A DNA stretch of 64,000 bases from Caldilineales bacterium (lineage in GTDB: Bacteria; Chloroflexota; Anaerolineae; J102), in contig JBBINH010000001.1 in the NCBI GenBank assembly GCA_037443945.1, forward strand, positions 5,965-69,964, given 5' to 3'. The number at the start of each line of letters is the position of its first letter. Position 1 is the stretch's first letter. A program made the translations under genes and the position numbers. Under the pieces are notes generated by a model that was not told where the DNA came from, ran no database searches, and saw nothing but the letters and a program-made list of their open reading frames with translations. Below, piece after piece: positions 1 through 9,015 of the stretch.

Positions 1-73
1 GCGGCGAGAGATGAGCCTGCGCCGGGACGATAGGCACCGTTGCCGCCGTTGACATAACCCCTCCCGGCCACTT

Positions 74-102
74 TTGACGAACGTAGCGTTTTGCGTTAGG
101 AT
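74..102 (+). promoter_or_regulatory. sigma70-type promoter TTGACG-N17-TAGGAT
   Basis: TTGACG at 74-79 and TAGGAT at 97-102 with a 17-bp spacer, read directly from the sequence. Confidence 0.6.
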
Positions 103-151
103 GTAAGTATTCTATAACCGCCCGGCCGCGATGCCGTTGTCGGGGAAAGCT

Positions 152-186
152 CCCCAGTCACACGTGATGTGGCTGGGGTTTTTGTT
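152..186 (+). terminator. intrinsic terminator-like hairpin in the leader of the 206-622 gene
   Basis: CCCCAGTCAC (152-161) pairs with GTGGCTGGGG (169-178), followed by TTTTTGTT. Confidence 0.65.
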
Positions 187-205
187 CCCCGTTCGTTTGG
201 CCGTT

Positions 206-622
206 ATGAGTACCCCTACCCTTACCCGCATTCGCATTGCGCCCAACGGCTATGGCCTCAGCCTGATGCGCACCTTCGAACGCCATAGCCCTTTTGCCGC
301 GCCGCTGGCCGCTGCTCTGGCGCGCGAGTGCGAGACGGGCAGTCGTGCCCTCTATCTGGGCCTGTTGGGCGAGCATGGCGAGCTGTTGGCGCGGGCCCGG
401 CTGGTGCTCGATTCCCTCAAGGTCATCCTCGTGGATGAGCTGGAAGCCATGCCGGGTTACGAGGCGCTCTTACCGGAACTGGTCGCCTTTGCCACGGCCG
501 AAGCCATGGCGCGCAACCGGCCGCTGGCTGTGATGGTGGCCGAGGATGATGTGTCGGACTGGGCGGCTCTGGGCTTCGGCGAGACGGGGATGCGCCTTCT
601 CATTCGGCTTCAGAGGACCTGA
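206..622 (+). CDS. hypothetical protein, possibly GNAT-like fold
   Basis: ORF 131..622; ATG 206 chosen because it lies after the terminator. Alternating beta/alpha pattern ending in WAALGF, resembling the GNAT Y/W-x-x-x-G-F motif. Fold is an inference. Confidence 0.5.
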   Translation: MSTPTLTRIRIAPNGYGLSLMRTFERHSPFAAPLAAALARECETGSRALYLGLLGEHGELLARARLVLDSLKVILVDELEAMPGYEALLPELVAFATAEAMARNRPLAVMVAEDDVSDWAALGFGETGMRLLIRLQRT

Positions 623-3174
623 AAACGCGAGCCGCGGCCGGGATGCTTGGCCACGTGGATGCGCACGGGGAACTGCTCCTTGAGTTCGTCGATATGGGTG
701 ACGACGACGATAAGGGCGAATTCATCCTTGAGCATGTGAATCGCTTCGACCAGGTTTTCGCAGCCCTGGGCGTCTTGGGTACCGAATCCCTCATCGATGA
801 ACAGGGTTTGCAGGGCAGCGCCGGCGCGACGCGCGAGCAGTCGGCTCAGGGCAATCCGCAGGGCCAGGTCGGTACGGAAAGCTTCGCCTCCCGAAAACAT
901 CTCGTAGGGACGTTGGCCTAACTCGTCGGCGATGATGATGTCGAGCGTCTCGCGCAGGGCGCCGCTCTTCAGCTCGCGTTGCGTCTGTAAACGCACGCTC
1001 ATCCGGCCGTCGGTGAGGCGGGCCAACAGATAATTGGCCTCGGTTTCCAACTCAGGCAGGGCTGCTTCGATGATCAGGGCCTGGACCCCGCGCGGACCGA
1101 AAGCCTCGTGCAGGCGCTCGTAGCGGTTGACCCTAGCTTTGAGTTCGCCCAGCTCCTTTTCGCGGGCCGCCTTGGTCGTCACCAGGGCCGCACAGGCCTT
1201 CAACCGTTGTTCGGCGGCCACCCGCTGGGCCTGCGCCTTTTCCCAGGCCTGCTGCGCCTCCTCGCAGATCTGCTGTTGCCGATGCAGGCGGGTCTGGAGT
1301 TCGGGCAAGCCGCGTAACGCCTCATCCAACTCCTGCAGCATTTGCTGATCGGCCGCTAGCTGCGCCGCTTCGCGTTGTGCCCGTGCTTGCAGCTGATCGT
1401 ACTGCTCGCTCAGTTCGACGATCTGGCGTTGTGCCGTTTGCAACTCGGCATAGCGGCGTTCCAGACCCTCCAGATCGGAGATGGTGGCGCGGGCGACGGC
1501 ATGGGCTTGCTCATCATACGGGATGGCGGCCAGACGGCTCTCGATGTCGGTCAGCCGTGCCCGCACCTCAGGGGCAAAATCTCCCTGGATCAGCCGTCGC
1601 TCCCCTTCGCGCAGGCGTTCCTCCAGCTCGGGCAGGGCTTGTTGCGCCTGGCGCGCCTGTTGCAACGCCGCCTGCAGTTCGCCCAACAAACGCTCGACCC
1701 CGCTCAGCCGGGCGCTCTCGCGGTCGAGGGCCTTCAGCTCGGTTTGCAGCCGGGCTTCCTCGGCCTGGAGCTGGTTTCGGCGCGCTTTGCTGGCCGCATA
1801 ACGGCGGCGTAGCTCGTCCAGCGAACGGTTGTACTCCTGTTCAAGATGAAGCCGCCCGGTGGCATCCAGAGGCTGCCGACAGACCGGACAGGCATCGGCG
1901 CCACCGGCCTGAAGCAGGGCCAGGCGCTCTTTGAGGCTGCGGGCTTCGGCGTCCAGCGCCTGTTCTTCGGCCAGGCAACGCTCACGCTCGGCCGCCAGCA
2001 TGGCCAGTTGTTGTTGGATCGCCTGGCGTTGGTGGTGGAGTTGTTCCAACCGTTCGGCCTCGACCAGCCGTTGTGCGGTTTTGCTCTCCAGTTCGGGCAG
2101 GCTGCTGCTGCGTCGGAAGGCCTCGTCGCGCTCCCGGCGCAGCAGGCTCAGTTCGGTTTCGAGCCGGCTGCGGGCCCGGTCCAATTCGATCTGGAGACGT
2201 TGCCGCTCCTGTTCCAGGGGACGCCGGGCCTGGGCCTGGCGGGCCCAATACGCCTCCTGGCTGCGCGCCTGTTGCAGATCGGCATAGCCGGTCTCGATGA
2301 CCTGACGTTCGGCCAACAGGGCCTGGAGTTCGGCCAGGCGTTGTTGCACGCTTGCGAGCTGTTGTCGCGTTTCGGCGTGGGCAGCCTGGGCCTGTTGGAG
2401 CCGTTGCGCCAGGTCGCGGCGCCGATCCTGACGCATCAGGAGGGCCTGCTCGGCCGCGCGCAGGCGGGTAAGCTCTTGCTCGGCTTCGCTTTTGGCCAGA
2501 CGGGCCTGGGTCTCGGCCAGATGGGCACGCTCCAGGGCCTGCTCGTACTGCGGCCGCAGAGCCAGTTCCGCCTCCATGGCCCGGATTTCGCCCTCCAACC
2601 GCGCCGCCTCTTGGGCGACGGCGCGGGCCAGCACTTTGGCGCGTTCGGCGTAGGCATCGTAACGGCTCAGGTTGAGAATGCGGGCCAGGATGTCTTTGCG
2701 CTCCCCCGGACTCTTGCGGGTGAACGCATCGGCCTCGCCCTGCCTGAGAAAAGCCGAATGGCAAAAGGTCTCGTAGTCCATGCGCAGGATGGCTTCGATG
2801 CGCTCCTGGGTCTGCCGGATGGACGGTTCGGTGAGGGCCTGCCAAGCTGCCGCGCTGTCATCCCACACGGCCAGCTCCAACTCGCTGCGGCCCCGGCTGC
2901 CGATCAGCCGCTTGCGGATGATGTTATAACGCCGCCCGGCCAGACCGAATTCGAATTCCACCTGCATCTCGGCGGCGCCGGCATGGATGAGCTGGTCATC
3001 CGAGCGGGCGCGTGCTTTGCCCCACAAAGCCCAGGTGATGGCATCGAGCAGGGCCGATTTGCCGTGCCCGTTGTCACCGACCAGACAGACGAGGCGCATG
3101 CCGCGAAAATCGAGCGGCTCTAGGGTGTCGCGATAGCTGAGAAAGTTTTGCAGACGCAACTTGTAGGGTATCAT
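610..3174 (-). CDS. sbcC: SbcC/Rad50-family SMC-like ATPase
   Basis: N-terminal MIPYKLRLQNFLSY, Walker A GDNGHGKS, long coiled coil with CPVC zinc hook, signature FSGGE, Walker B LFIDEGFG. Start moved to ATG 3174. Confidence 0.93.
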   Translation of the reverse strand: MIPYKLRLQNFLSYRDTLEPLDFRGMRLVCLVGDNGHGKSALLDAITWALWGKARARSDDQLIHAGAAEMQVEFEFGLAGRRYNIIRKRLIGSRGRSELELAVWDDSAAAWQALTEPSIRQTQERIEAILRMDYETFCHSAFLRQGEADAFTRKSPGERKDILARILNLSRYDAYAERAKVLARAVAQEAARLEGEIRAMEAELALRPQYEQALERAHLAETQARLAKSEAEQELTRLRAAEQALLMRQDRRRDLAQRLQQAQAAHAETRQQLASVQQRLAELQALLAERQVIETGYADLQQARSQEAYWARQAQARRPLEQERQRLQIELDRARSRLETELSLLRRERDEAFRRSSSLPELESKTAQRLVEAERLEQLHHQRQAIQQQLAMLAAERERCLAEEQALDAEARSLKERLALLQAGGADACPVCRQPLDATGRLHLEQEYNRSLDELRRRYAASKARRNQLQAEEARLQTELKALDRESARLSGVERLLGELQAALQQARQAQQALPELEERLREGERRLIQGDFAPEVRARLTDIESRLAAIPYDEQAHAVARATISDLEGLERRYAELQTAQRQIVELSEQYDQLQARAQREAAQLAADQQMLQELDEALRGLPELQTRLHRQQQICEEAQQAWEKAQAQRVAAEQRLKACAALVTTKAAREKELGELKARVNRYERLHEAFGPRGVQALIIEAALPELETEANYLLARLTDGRMSVRLQTQRELKSGALRETLDIIIADELGQRPYEMFSGGEAFRTDLALRIALSRLLARRAGAALQTLFIDEGFGTQDAQGCENLVEAIHMLKDEFALIVVVTHIDELKEQFPVRIHVAKHPGRGSRFQVL

Positions 3175-3278
3175 TGCTCTGTTCTGTTGCGATCGCAATG
3201 GGACAAGGGGGAGGCAAGGCGCCCTTGTTGGGCCGGCAAAGTGTCTCCCAGTGTACCACACTCTTGAGGAGTCTGACC

Positions 3279-4181
3279 ATGAAGCATGTTGTCAGCATCA
3301 GTCTAGGCAGCAGCACCCGCAACAAAAGCGTGGTCATCACTCTGGATGGCGAGCCGATTCGTATCGAACGCATCGGTACCGACGGCGATGAGGCCAAAGC
3401 GCGGCGGCTCTTCGCCGAACTCGACGGCAAGGTGGATGCTCTGGGGGTGGGCGGGGTGGAGCTGTATCTGCGTCTGGAAGGCCGCGAGTATCCGCTGCGG
3501 TCGGGGCTGAGCCTGGTCAAAGACGTTCGGCAAACGCCCTGTGTGGATGGGCGCGGGCTGAAACACACGTTGGAGCGCCGCGTTTTTGCCCTGGCCGAAC
3601 CGGCACTGGGCTTTCGGCCGCATTATCGCCAGGCGTTTATGACCCTGGGAGTTGACCGTTTCGGGATGGCCCAGGCCGTGGCCGAAGTCTCTGACCGGGT
3701 GGTCTACGGCGATCTCATGTTTGCCCTGGGACTGCCCATCCCCATTACCAGCCTGCGGCAATTGCGCTTCCTGGCGCAACTGTTGTTGCCCGTCATCGGC
3801 CTTTTGCCCGTGTCCATGCTGTATCCGACCGGCGCCAAACAGGAGCACATTGAGCCAAAATATCCCCGCTATTGGGCGGCAGCCGAGCTGATCGCCGGCG
3901 ATTTCCTGTACATCCGCAAACACCTGCCCGACGATCTGCATGGTAAGACGATCCTGACCAACACGACCACCGAGCATGATGTCGAACTGTTGCGACAACG
4001 AGGATTGCGCTGGCTGATCACGACTACGCCGCGCTATGAGGGGCGTTCCTTTGGCACGAACATGATGGAGGCCGCGCTGACGGCCTACGCCGGCAAAGGC
4101 CGGGTCCTCAGCGAGGCCGAGCTTAACGAACTGATCGACCGTCTGCAGCTGCGTCCCAGCGTCCAACGGCTCAACGAGTGA
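3279..4181 (+). CDS. conserved hypothetical protein (family often auto-annotated 'quinate 5-dehydrogenase')
   Basis: MKHVVSISLGSSTRN start with GAGGAG RBS; TTPRYEGRSFGTNMMEA motif typical of this family; function not established. Confidence 0.65.
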   Translation: MKHVVSISLGSSTRNKSVVITLDGEPIRIERIGTDGDEAKARRLFAELDGKVDALGVGGVELYLRLEGREYPLRSGLSLVKDVRQTPCVDGRGLKHTLERRVFALAEPALGFRPHYRQAFMTLGVDRFGMAQAVAEVSDRVVYGDLMFALGLPIPITSLRQLRFLAQLLLPVIGLLPVSMLYPTGAKQEHIEPKYPRYWAAAELIAGDFLYIRKHLPDDLHGKTILTNTTTEHDVELLRQRGLRWLITTTPRYEGRSFGTNMMEAALTAYAGKGRVLSEAELNELIDRLQLRPSVQRLNE

Positions 4182-5818
4182 TGATGCGCACGCGCCGGTT
4201 GGGCCTTCTTTTCGTCGGCTTGCTGCTTCTCGGCGTCAGTTGTACCTGGCCGCCGCCCCCACCGACGACGCCGGATACAGGGGCCGTTACCCCCGAGACG
4301 ATGGCGACGGCGGCGGTTGCCTCCGGCCTCTTCGCCACGACCTGGGACGACCGCACGGTTTTTGCCGCCGATCTGACCCCCGTCGCCCGGGACGTGCTGC
4401 AGAAACGGCCGGGAGCCACTGTGTACCATCTCGATCTGAGCCTATCCGACGATTTGACCCGGTTGACGGGACGGCAAGCGGTGCGTTATACGAACACCGA
4501 AGCAGCGGCGCTGGGCGAGGTGTATTTCCGCCTGTTCCCCAATCTCGCCGACGGCAAAACGACCGTTCACCTCGTCACCGTCGATGGGGTCCCCGTCCGG
4601 CCTCGTTATGCGTTGCAGGATAGCGCGCTGATCGTCCCTCTGGAGCAGCCGTTGTCGCCCGGCCAGGCCGTGGTGATCGGTCTCGATTTTGCCGTTACCG
4701 TGCCGACTCGACCCGGCGGCAACTACGGCACCTTTGCGCTGATGGATGAGGTCCTGGCCCTGGCCCATGCCTATCCCCTCATCCCGGTCTATGACGATGC
4801 GGGGTGGAATGTCGAAATTGCTCCCACCATCGGCGATGTGGTCTACGCCGATGTGAGCTATTACCTGGTGCGCCTCACTGCGCCTGCCGGTCTCGTCATC
4901 GCCACATCCGGGCGCGAGTTGGAGCGGATCGAACAGGGCGATCGCGTGGTCTACACCTTTGCCGCCGGCCCCGTCCGCGATTTTTACCTGGCGGCCAGTC
5001 CCCGTTATCAGCTCAGGAGCACGACGGTGGGCGAGACAACGGTCCGCAGTTGGGCACCGCCCAGGCTGAGCGAGGCCGCCGCCCACGTTTTGGACGCAAC
5101 CGCCAAGGCTCTGGCCCTTTACAACGAGCGCTTCGGTCCCTATCCCTTCACGGAATTGGATGTGGTTGCCACCCCTACCCTGGCCGGTGGCGTTGAATAT
5201 CCCGGCATCATCGCCGTGGCCCAGAGCCTTTACGATCCGAACAACAGCTTTTTGGAGACGGTTGCCGCTCACGAAGTGGCCCATCAGTGGTTTTACAGTC
5301 TCATCGGCAATGACCAGGTGGACGAGCCCTGGCTGGATGAGGCCCTCGCCCAATACGCCACATGGCTCTACTATCGAGACCGTTACGGGGAGGCCAAGGG
5401 CCGGTGGTTCGAGGAGAATCTGCATTTGCGCTGGCAACAGGCGAGCGACCTCGACATGCCCATCGGTTTGCCGGTAGCTGCCTACAACGAACGCGATTAC
5501 AGTGCCATTGTCTACGGTCGCGGGCCGCTGTTTGTGGAGGTCCTGGCCCAAACCCTGGGGGAAGCCTCCTTCACTGCCTTCCTGCAGGATTACTACCGCA
5601 CCTTTCGGTGGGATACGGTCACCACCGCCGACTTCAAACGGCTGCTGGAACGCCATTGCGGCTGCGATTTAGCGCCGTTGTTTGCCGAATGGGTCTATCC
5701 GCGGCCGGAACCGTTGTCGTCAAAGACGCCCATAGCCATGCTTCCTCTGCGGCTGGAGCGATGGACAAGCTTATCATTACGGCAGCCCTCACCGGTTCAC
5801 GGCCGACCAAGGCCATGA
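4178..5818 (+). CDS. M1-family metalloaminopeptidase, lipoprotein
   Basis: Lipobox LLGVSC, GGVEYP (GxMEN-like), HEVAHQW zinc motif with downstream WLDEALA glutamate. Confidence 0.88.
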   Translation: MMMRTRRLGLLFVGLLLLGVSCTWPPPPPTTPDTGAVTPETMATAAVASGLFATTWDDRTVFAADLTPVARDVLQKRPGATVYHLDLSLSDDLTRLTGRQAVRYTNTEAAALGEVYFRLFPNLADGKTTVHLVTVDGVPVRPRYALQDSALIVPLEQPLSPGQAVVIGLDFAVTVPTRPGGNYGTFALMDEVLALAHAYPLIPVYDDAGWNVEIAPTIGDVVYADVSYYLVRLTAPAGLVIATSGRELERIEQGDRVVYTFAAGPVRDFYLAASPRYQLRSTTVGETTVRSWAPPRLSEAAAHVLDATAKALALYNERFGPYPFTELDVVATPTLAGGVEYPGIIAVAQSLYDPNNSFLETVAAHEVAHQWFYSLIGNDQVDEPWLDEALAQYATWLYYRDRYGEAKGRWFEENLHLRWQQASDLDMPIGLPVAAYNERDYSAIVYGRGPLFVEVLAQTLGEASFTAFLQDYYRTFRWDTVTTADFKRLLERHCGCDLAPLFAEWVYPRPEPLSSKTPIAMLPLRLERWTSLSLRQPSPVHGRPRP

Positions 5819-6603
5819 ACCCAGCCGTGCCCTATACGCCCGCCGAGATCGCCGCCGAGGCCGTAGCCTGCGCGCAGGCCGGCGCCGCCGTCGTGCACGT
5901 CCATGTGCGCGATCCCATCACCGGCGCGCCCTCATCCGACCCGGAGCGGTTTGCCGAGGTGGTGGCGCGCATTCGGGCCGAGTGCGATGTGCTCATCAAC
6001 CTGACGACGAGCGGGCTGCACCTCGAAGGAGAGGATATCGTCAGCCGGCGTCTGGCGCCGATAGCGCTGCGGCCGGAGCTGTGTTCGCTCGATATCGGTT
6101 CGGTCAATTTCCGCGATCGGTTGTTTGCCAATCCACCCGACTGGGGCGAGACCGCCGCCCGGGCCATGCAGGCGGCCGGCGTCAAACCCGAAATCGAGGT
6201 CTTTGATGTCGGTCATATCCATCAGGCCCGGCATCTGATCGAACGCGGGCTGATCGACCCGCCGCCCTACTTCCAACTGTGCATGGGCGTCGACTGGGGC
6301 ATTCCGGCTACGGCCGAAAACCTGCTTTTCATGCAGCGTCAGTTGCCGCCGGGCGCCGTCTGGTCGGTACTGGGGGTTGGGCGGACCCAATTGCCCATGA
6401 TCACCCTGGGCATTCTCCTGGGCGGCCATATCCGCGTCGGTTTCGAGGATAACCTCTACCTGCGCAAGGGGGTCTTGGCCCCGAGTAACGCCGCTTTTGT
6501 GGAGATGGCCGTGAACCTGGCCCATCAACTGCAGCGGGAGGTGGCCACACCGGCCGAAGCCCGCGCCATTCTGGGGTTGAATCCCGTTGCCGCAACCGGG
6601 TAA
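5761..6603 (+). CDS. beta-keto acid cleavage enzyme (BKACE / DUF849, Kce-like)
   Basis: [12 protein letters not shown] start, HVHVR metal motif, [17 protein letters not shown]. Confidence 0.92.
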   Translation: MDKLIITAALTGSRPTKAMNPAVPYTPAEIAAEAVACAQAGAAVVHVHVRDPITGAPSSDPERFAEVVARIRAECDVLINLTTSGLHLEGEDIVSRRLAPIALRPELCSLDIGSVNFRDRLFANPPDWGETAARAMQAAGVKPEIEVFDVGHIHQARHLIERGLIDPPPYFQLCMGVDWGIPATAENLLFMQRQLPPGAVWSVLGVGRTQLPMITLGILLGGHIRVGFEDNLYLRKGVLAPSNAAFVEMAVNLAHQLQREVATPAEARAILGLNPVAATG

Positions 6604-6606
6604 ACC

Positions 6607-7218
6607 ATGTCGTCTTCGGCGCCGCCGTTGTTCCTGCGTCGTCTGAGCGTAGCCCTGGCCATGTGGACGGGGGGCCTTGTGCTGCTGCACTACTTTTGGC
6701 CTATCGCTCCGGTGCGGGAAGCGGTACAACCCGTCCTGCGCACGGTGGTCTTGCTGAGCGCCATGGTGCTGGTGTTGGCCGCCGTGCGCCTGGTGAGGCA
6801 TCATGGGCGTCGATGGCGACAGCCGGAAAGTGCGGCTTTCCTGGTGGGAGCCGGTCTGTCTCTGGGGACAGGCCTGTTGCCGGGGGGATACGAGGCCGGA
6901 CCGGGGTGGTGGGTGTATGCCTGGCTGTTGCGGCCGGGCTGGGCTGCCCTCTTGGCCCTGGTGCCCGTGTTCTTGCTGGCGGCTCTATATCGGCGCCTGC
7001 GAATAGACGAGCCGGCGGCGTTGTTGTTCGTGACCGGTCTGGTGCTTATGCTGGCGGCACAAACACCGGCGGTGGTAGCGATCTGGCCGTGGCTGGCCGA
7101 GCTGCGTCATGCTTTGCTAAGCTGGCTGGTGGCCCCCGTCCTGCGTGGGATCCTCATCGGTCTCAGCCTGGGCGTGGTATGGCGCGTGCTAGCGTATCGG
7201 GGAGGGCGCTCCGGATGA
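6607..7218 (+). CDS. uncharacterised multi-pass membrane protein
   Basis: About 5-6 hydrophobic segments, C-terminal LRGILIGLSLG; ATGA overlap with the next gene. Confidence 0.7.
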   Translation: MSSSAPPLFLRRLSVALAMWTGGLVLLHYFWPIAPVREAVQPVLRTVVLLSAMVLVLAAVRLVRHHGRRWRQPESAAFLVGAGLSLGTGLLPGGYEAGPGWWVYAWLLRPGWAALLALVPVFLLAALYRRLRIDEPAALLFVTGLVLMLAAQTPAVVAIWPWLAELRHALLSWLVAPVLRGILIGLSLGVVWRVLAYRGGRSG

Positions 7219-8258
7219 ACCGTTGTCGCTACTGTGGGGCCGAAAATGCCGACGATGCCACCCTCTGTGCGCAGTGTGGCCGTGTTCTGAACGTGCCGCC
7301 TCCGCAGGTGTTGGCCCAGATTCAAGGCGTGTTGCCGGCCGAACCGGTGATCTGCACCGGACATCTGGCGCCTGAGGACCAAGCGCTCTGGCAAGAGCTG
7401 GTGACGACGGTGATGGCGGCGTCGCCGCCGTCACCCCCACCGGCCGCCGTCGGCCCCGCAACGACGGTCGGGCTCGGTCTGCTGATGCTGGGGGTTATCC
7501 TGATGACGGCCGTGCTCACGCCCCCGGGATGGCGCTCCGACCTGTCGAAGGCGCCTCCACGGCCGGGGGTCGTCGCCGCTTATCATCTCATCGCCGTCTT
7601 ACCGTCCACCGCCCGGGTGTTGTTGGCCTGGGATTACGACCCCACCACCCAGGGCGAGATGCAGCTTCTGGCCCAACCGCTGCTGCGGCATTTGCTCGGC
7701 CGGCGGGTTGCCCTGGTCAATGTCAGCCTGCGGCCTTTGGGACCGGCCATGGCAAGGGCCGCCTTTGCCGACCTGGCAATGCCCGTTCCTCTGCTCCAGG
7801 CCCCGGTTGACCTGGGCTTTCTGCCCGGTGAGAGCGCGGCCTTGCAGGCTCTGGCCCTGGCGCCGGCTGGTGTAGTGCCTCTGTCGGGCGCCGCGCGCGA
7901 CCGTTTGGCCCTAGCCGGGGATGAACCCCTCACCGCCTTCGATCTGATCATCGTGTTCGGTGCCGAGACGACGGCCGGCCGGCAATGGATTGAGCAGATC
8001 GCCGCCCGCCAGCCGGTGCCGCTGATCGTGGTCGCTTCGGGTGCCGTGGCGCCGGTCCTTGAACCCTATGCACAGACCGGTCAGATCCTCGCCCTTCTGG
8101 CGGGCTATCCTGATGCCCTGGCCTATGAGGCGTTGTTGGGCATACCGGGAACGGCAACCGCCCGTCAGACGGCCCAAAGCGCCGTTCATGTGCTTGCGTT
8201 GGTCGTTATCCTGGTGGCCGCTCTCGTCCGTTCCCTTCGCCGCCCCCCGTCGTCATGA
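7215..8258 (+). CDS. uncharacterised membrane-anchored protein with N-terminal zinc ribbon
   Basis: CRYC...CAQC zinc ribbon, a TM helix, soluble domain with LLAWDYDPTTQGEM, C-terminal TM. True start at ATG 7215 within ORF 6663..8258. Confidence 0.7.
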   Translation: MNRCRYCGAENADDATLCAQCGRVLNVPPPQVLAQIQGVLPAEPVICTGHLAPEDQALWQELVTTVMAASPPSPPPAAVGPATTVGLGLLMLGVILMTAVLTPPGWRSDLSKAPPRPGVVAAYHLIAVLPSTARVLLAWDYDPTTQGEMQLLAQPLLRHLLGRRVALVNVSLRPLGPAMARAAFADLAMPVPLLQAPVDLGFLPGESAALQALALAPAGVVPLSGAARDRLALAGDEPLTAFDLIIVFGAETTAGRQWIEQIAARQPVPLIVVASGAVAPVLEPYAQTGQILALLAGYPDALAYEALLGIPGTATARQTAQSAVHVLALVVILVAALVRSLRRPPSS

Positions 8259-8938
8259 ACACCTTCGCCGATCTGTTGGGGCTGATCCTGGCTACCGTCT
8301 TGACCTTGCTCATCTTCGCCCGCCTGTGGGGAGCTGTGCGGGTCTTTTATCCGGTAGCCTATCTGCTCCTGGGCCTGTTGGCCGGCTATGTGGCGGTCGT
8401 GAGCCTGCGCCGGGTGCTGATACCGGGCTTGCTGCTGCCTCTGCAGCAGGCGCAGGCATGGCCGACGTTGTTGTTACCGCTGGGCTTGCTCGTTTTGCTG
8501 CTTTTGCGGATGAGTAGGCAACCGCGCCTGTACCACCTCGGTCTGCCGGCCGTAGGCTGGTTGGCCGGAGCGATGGCCGGATTGGCTTTGGCCGGGGCCG
8601 TGCGCGGGACGCTGCTTCCGCAGATGCTGGCCGTCATCGTCCTGACTCCGACCGAGGGGAGACACCCCGGCCTTGACCCGGTGCTAACGTTGCTGAGCGC
8701 GTTTCTGACTTTGGCCGTGTTGACCCAGGCCTGGCACCGCCAGGAGACGAACCCAACGCTACGGACCTGGCTGACCGTGCCGGCTCGCATCGGGAAGCTG
8801 GCCTTGATGGCCGCAGCCGGGGTGTTTCTGGGCAGTCTGCTTACTGCGCGTCTGGCCCTGCCCATCGACCGGGTGTATGAGCTGGTGGAAGCTTGGAGCC
8901 GCATGATAGGGGGAGGTAATTTTTTTATCTCTTTCTAA
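8255..8938 (+). CDS. uncharacterised multi-pass membrane protein
   Basis: About 6 hydrophobic segments; ATGA coupling to the upstream gene. Confidence 0.7.
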   Translation: MNTFADLLGLILATVLTLLIFARLWGAVRVFYPVAYLLLGLLAGYVAVVSLRRVLIPGLLLPLQQAQAWPTLLLPLGLLVLLLLRMSRQPRLYHLGLPAVGWLAGAMAGLALAGAVRGTLLPQMLAVIVLTPTEGRHPGLDPVLTLLSAFLTLAVLTQAWHRQETNPTLRTWLTVPARIGKLALMAAAGVFLGSLLTARLALPIDRVYELVEAWSRMIGGGNFFISF

Positions 8939-8940
8939 AC

Positions 8941-8982
8941 TGTGACCCAGATCATAGGTGTGGCTGAGAGAGAGATTATAAT
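8941..8982 (+). promoter_or_regulatory. CRP/FNR-family box plus -10 element (class II activated promoter) of the multiheme operon
   Basis: TGTGA-CCCAGA-TCATA at 8941-8956 (9/10 match to TGTGA-N6-TCACA); TATAAT at 8977-8982; no consensus -35. Confidence 0.65.
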
Positions 8983-9015
8983 GCGGAGTATCTGCACCGT
9001 TGCTCCTTTGCCGCC

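Noticed and set aside
1846-3123. 425-aa plus-strand ORF
   Set aside because: Entirely antisense to the well-supported sbcC; stop-poor because of high GC
5362-5760. N-terminal 133-aa extension of the BKACE ORF
   Set aside because: Overlaps the M1 peptidase in another frame; the family N-terminus [12 protein letters not shown] starts at 5761
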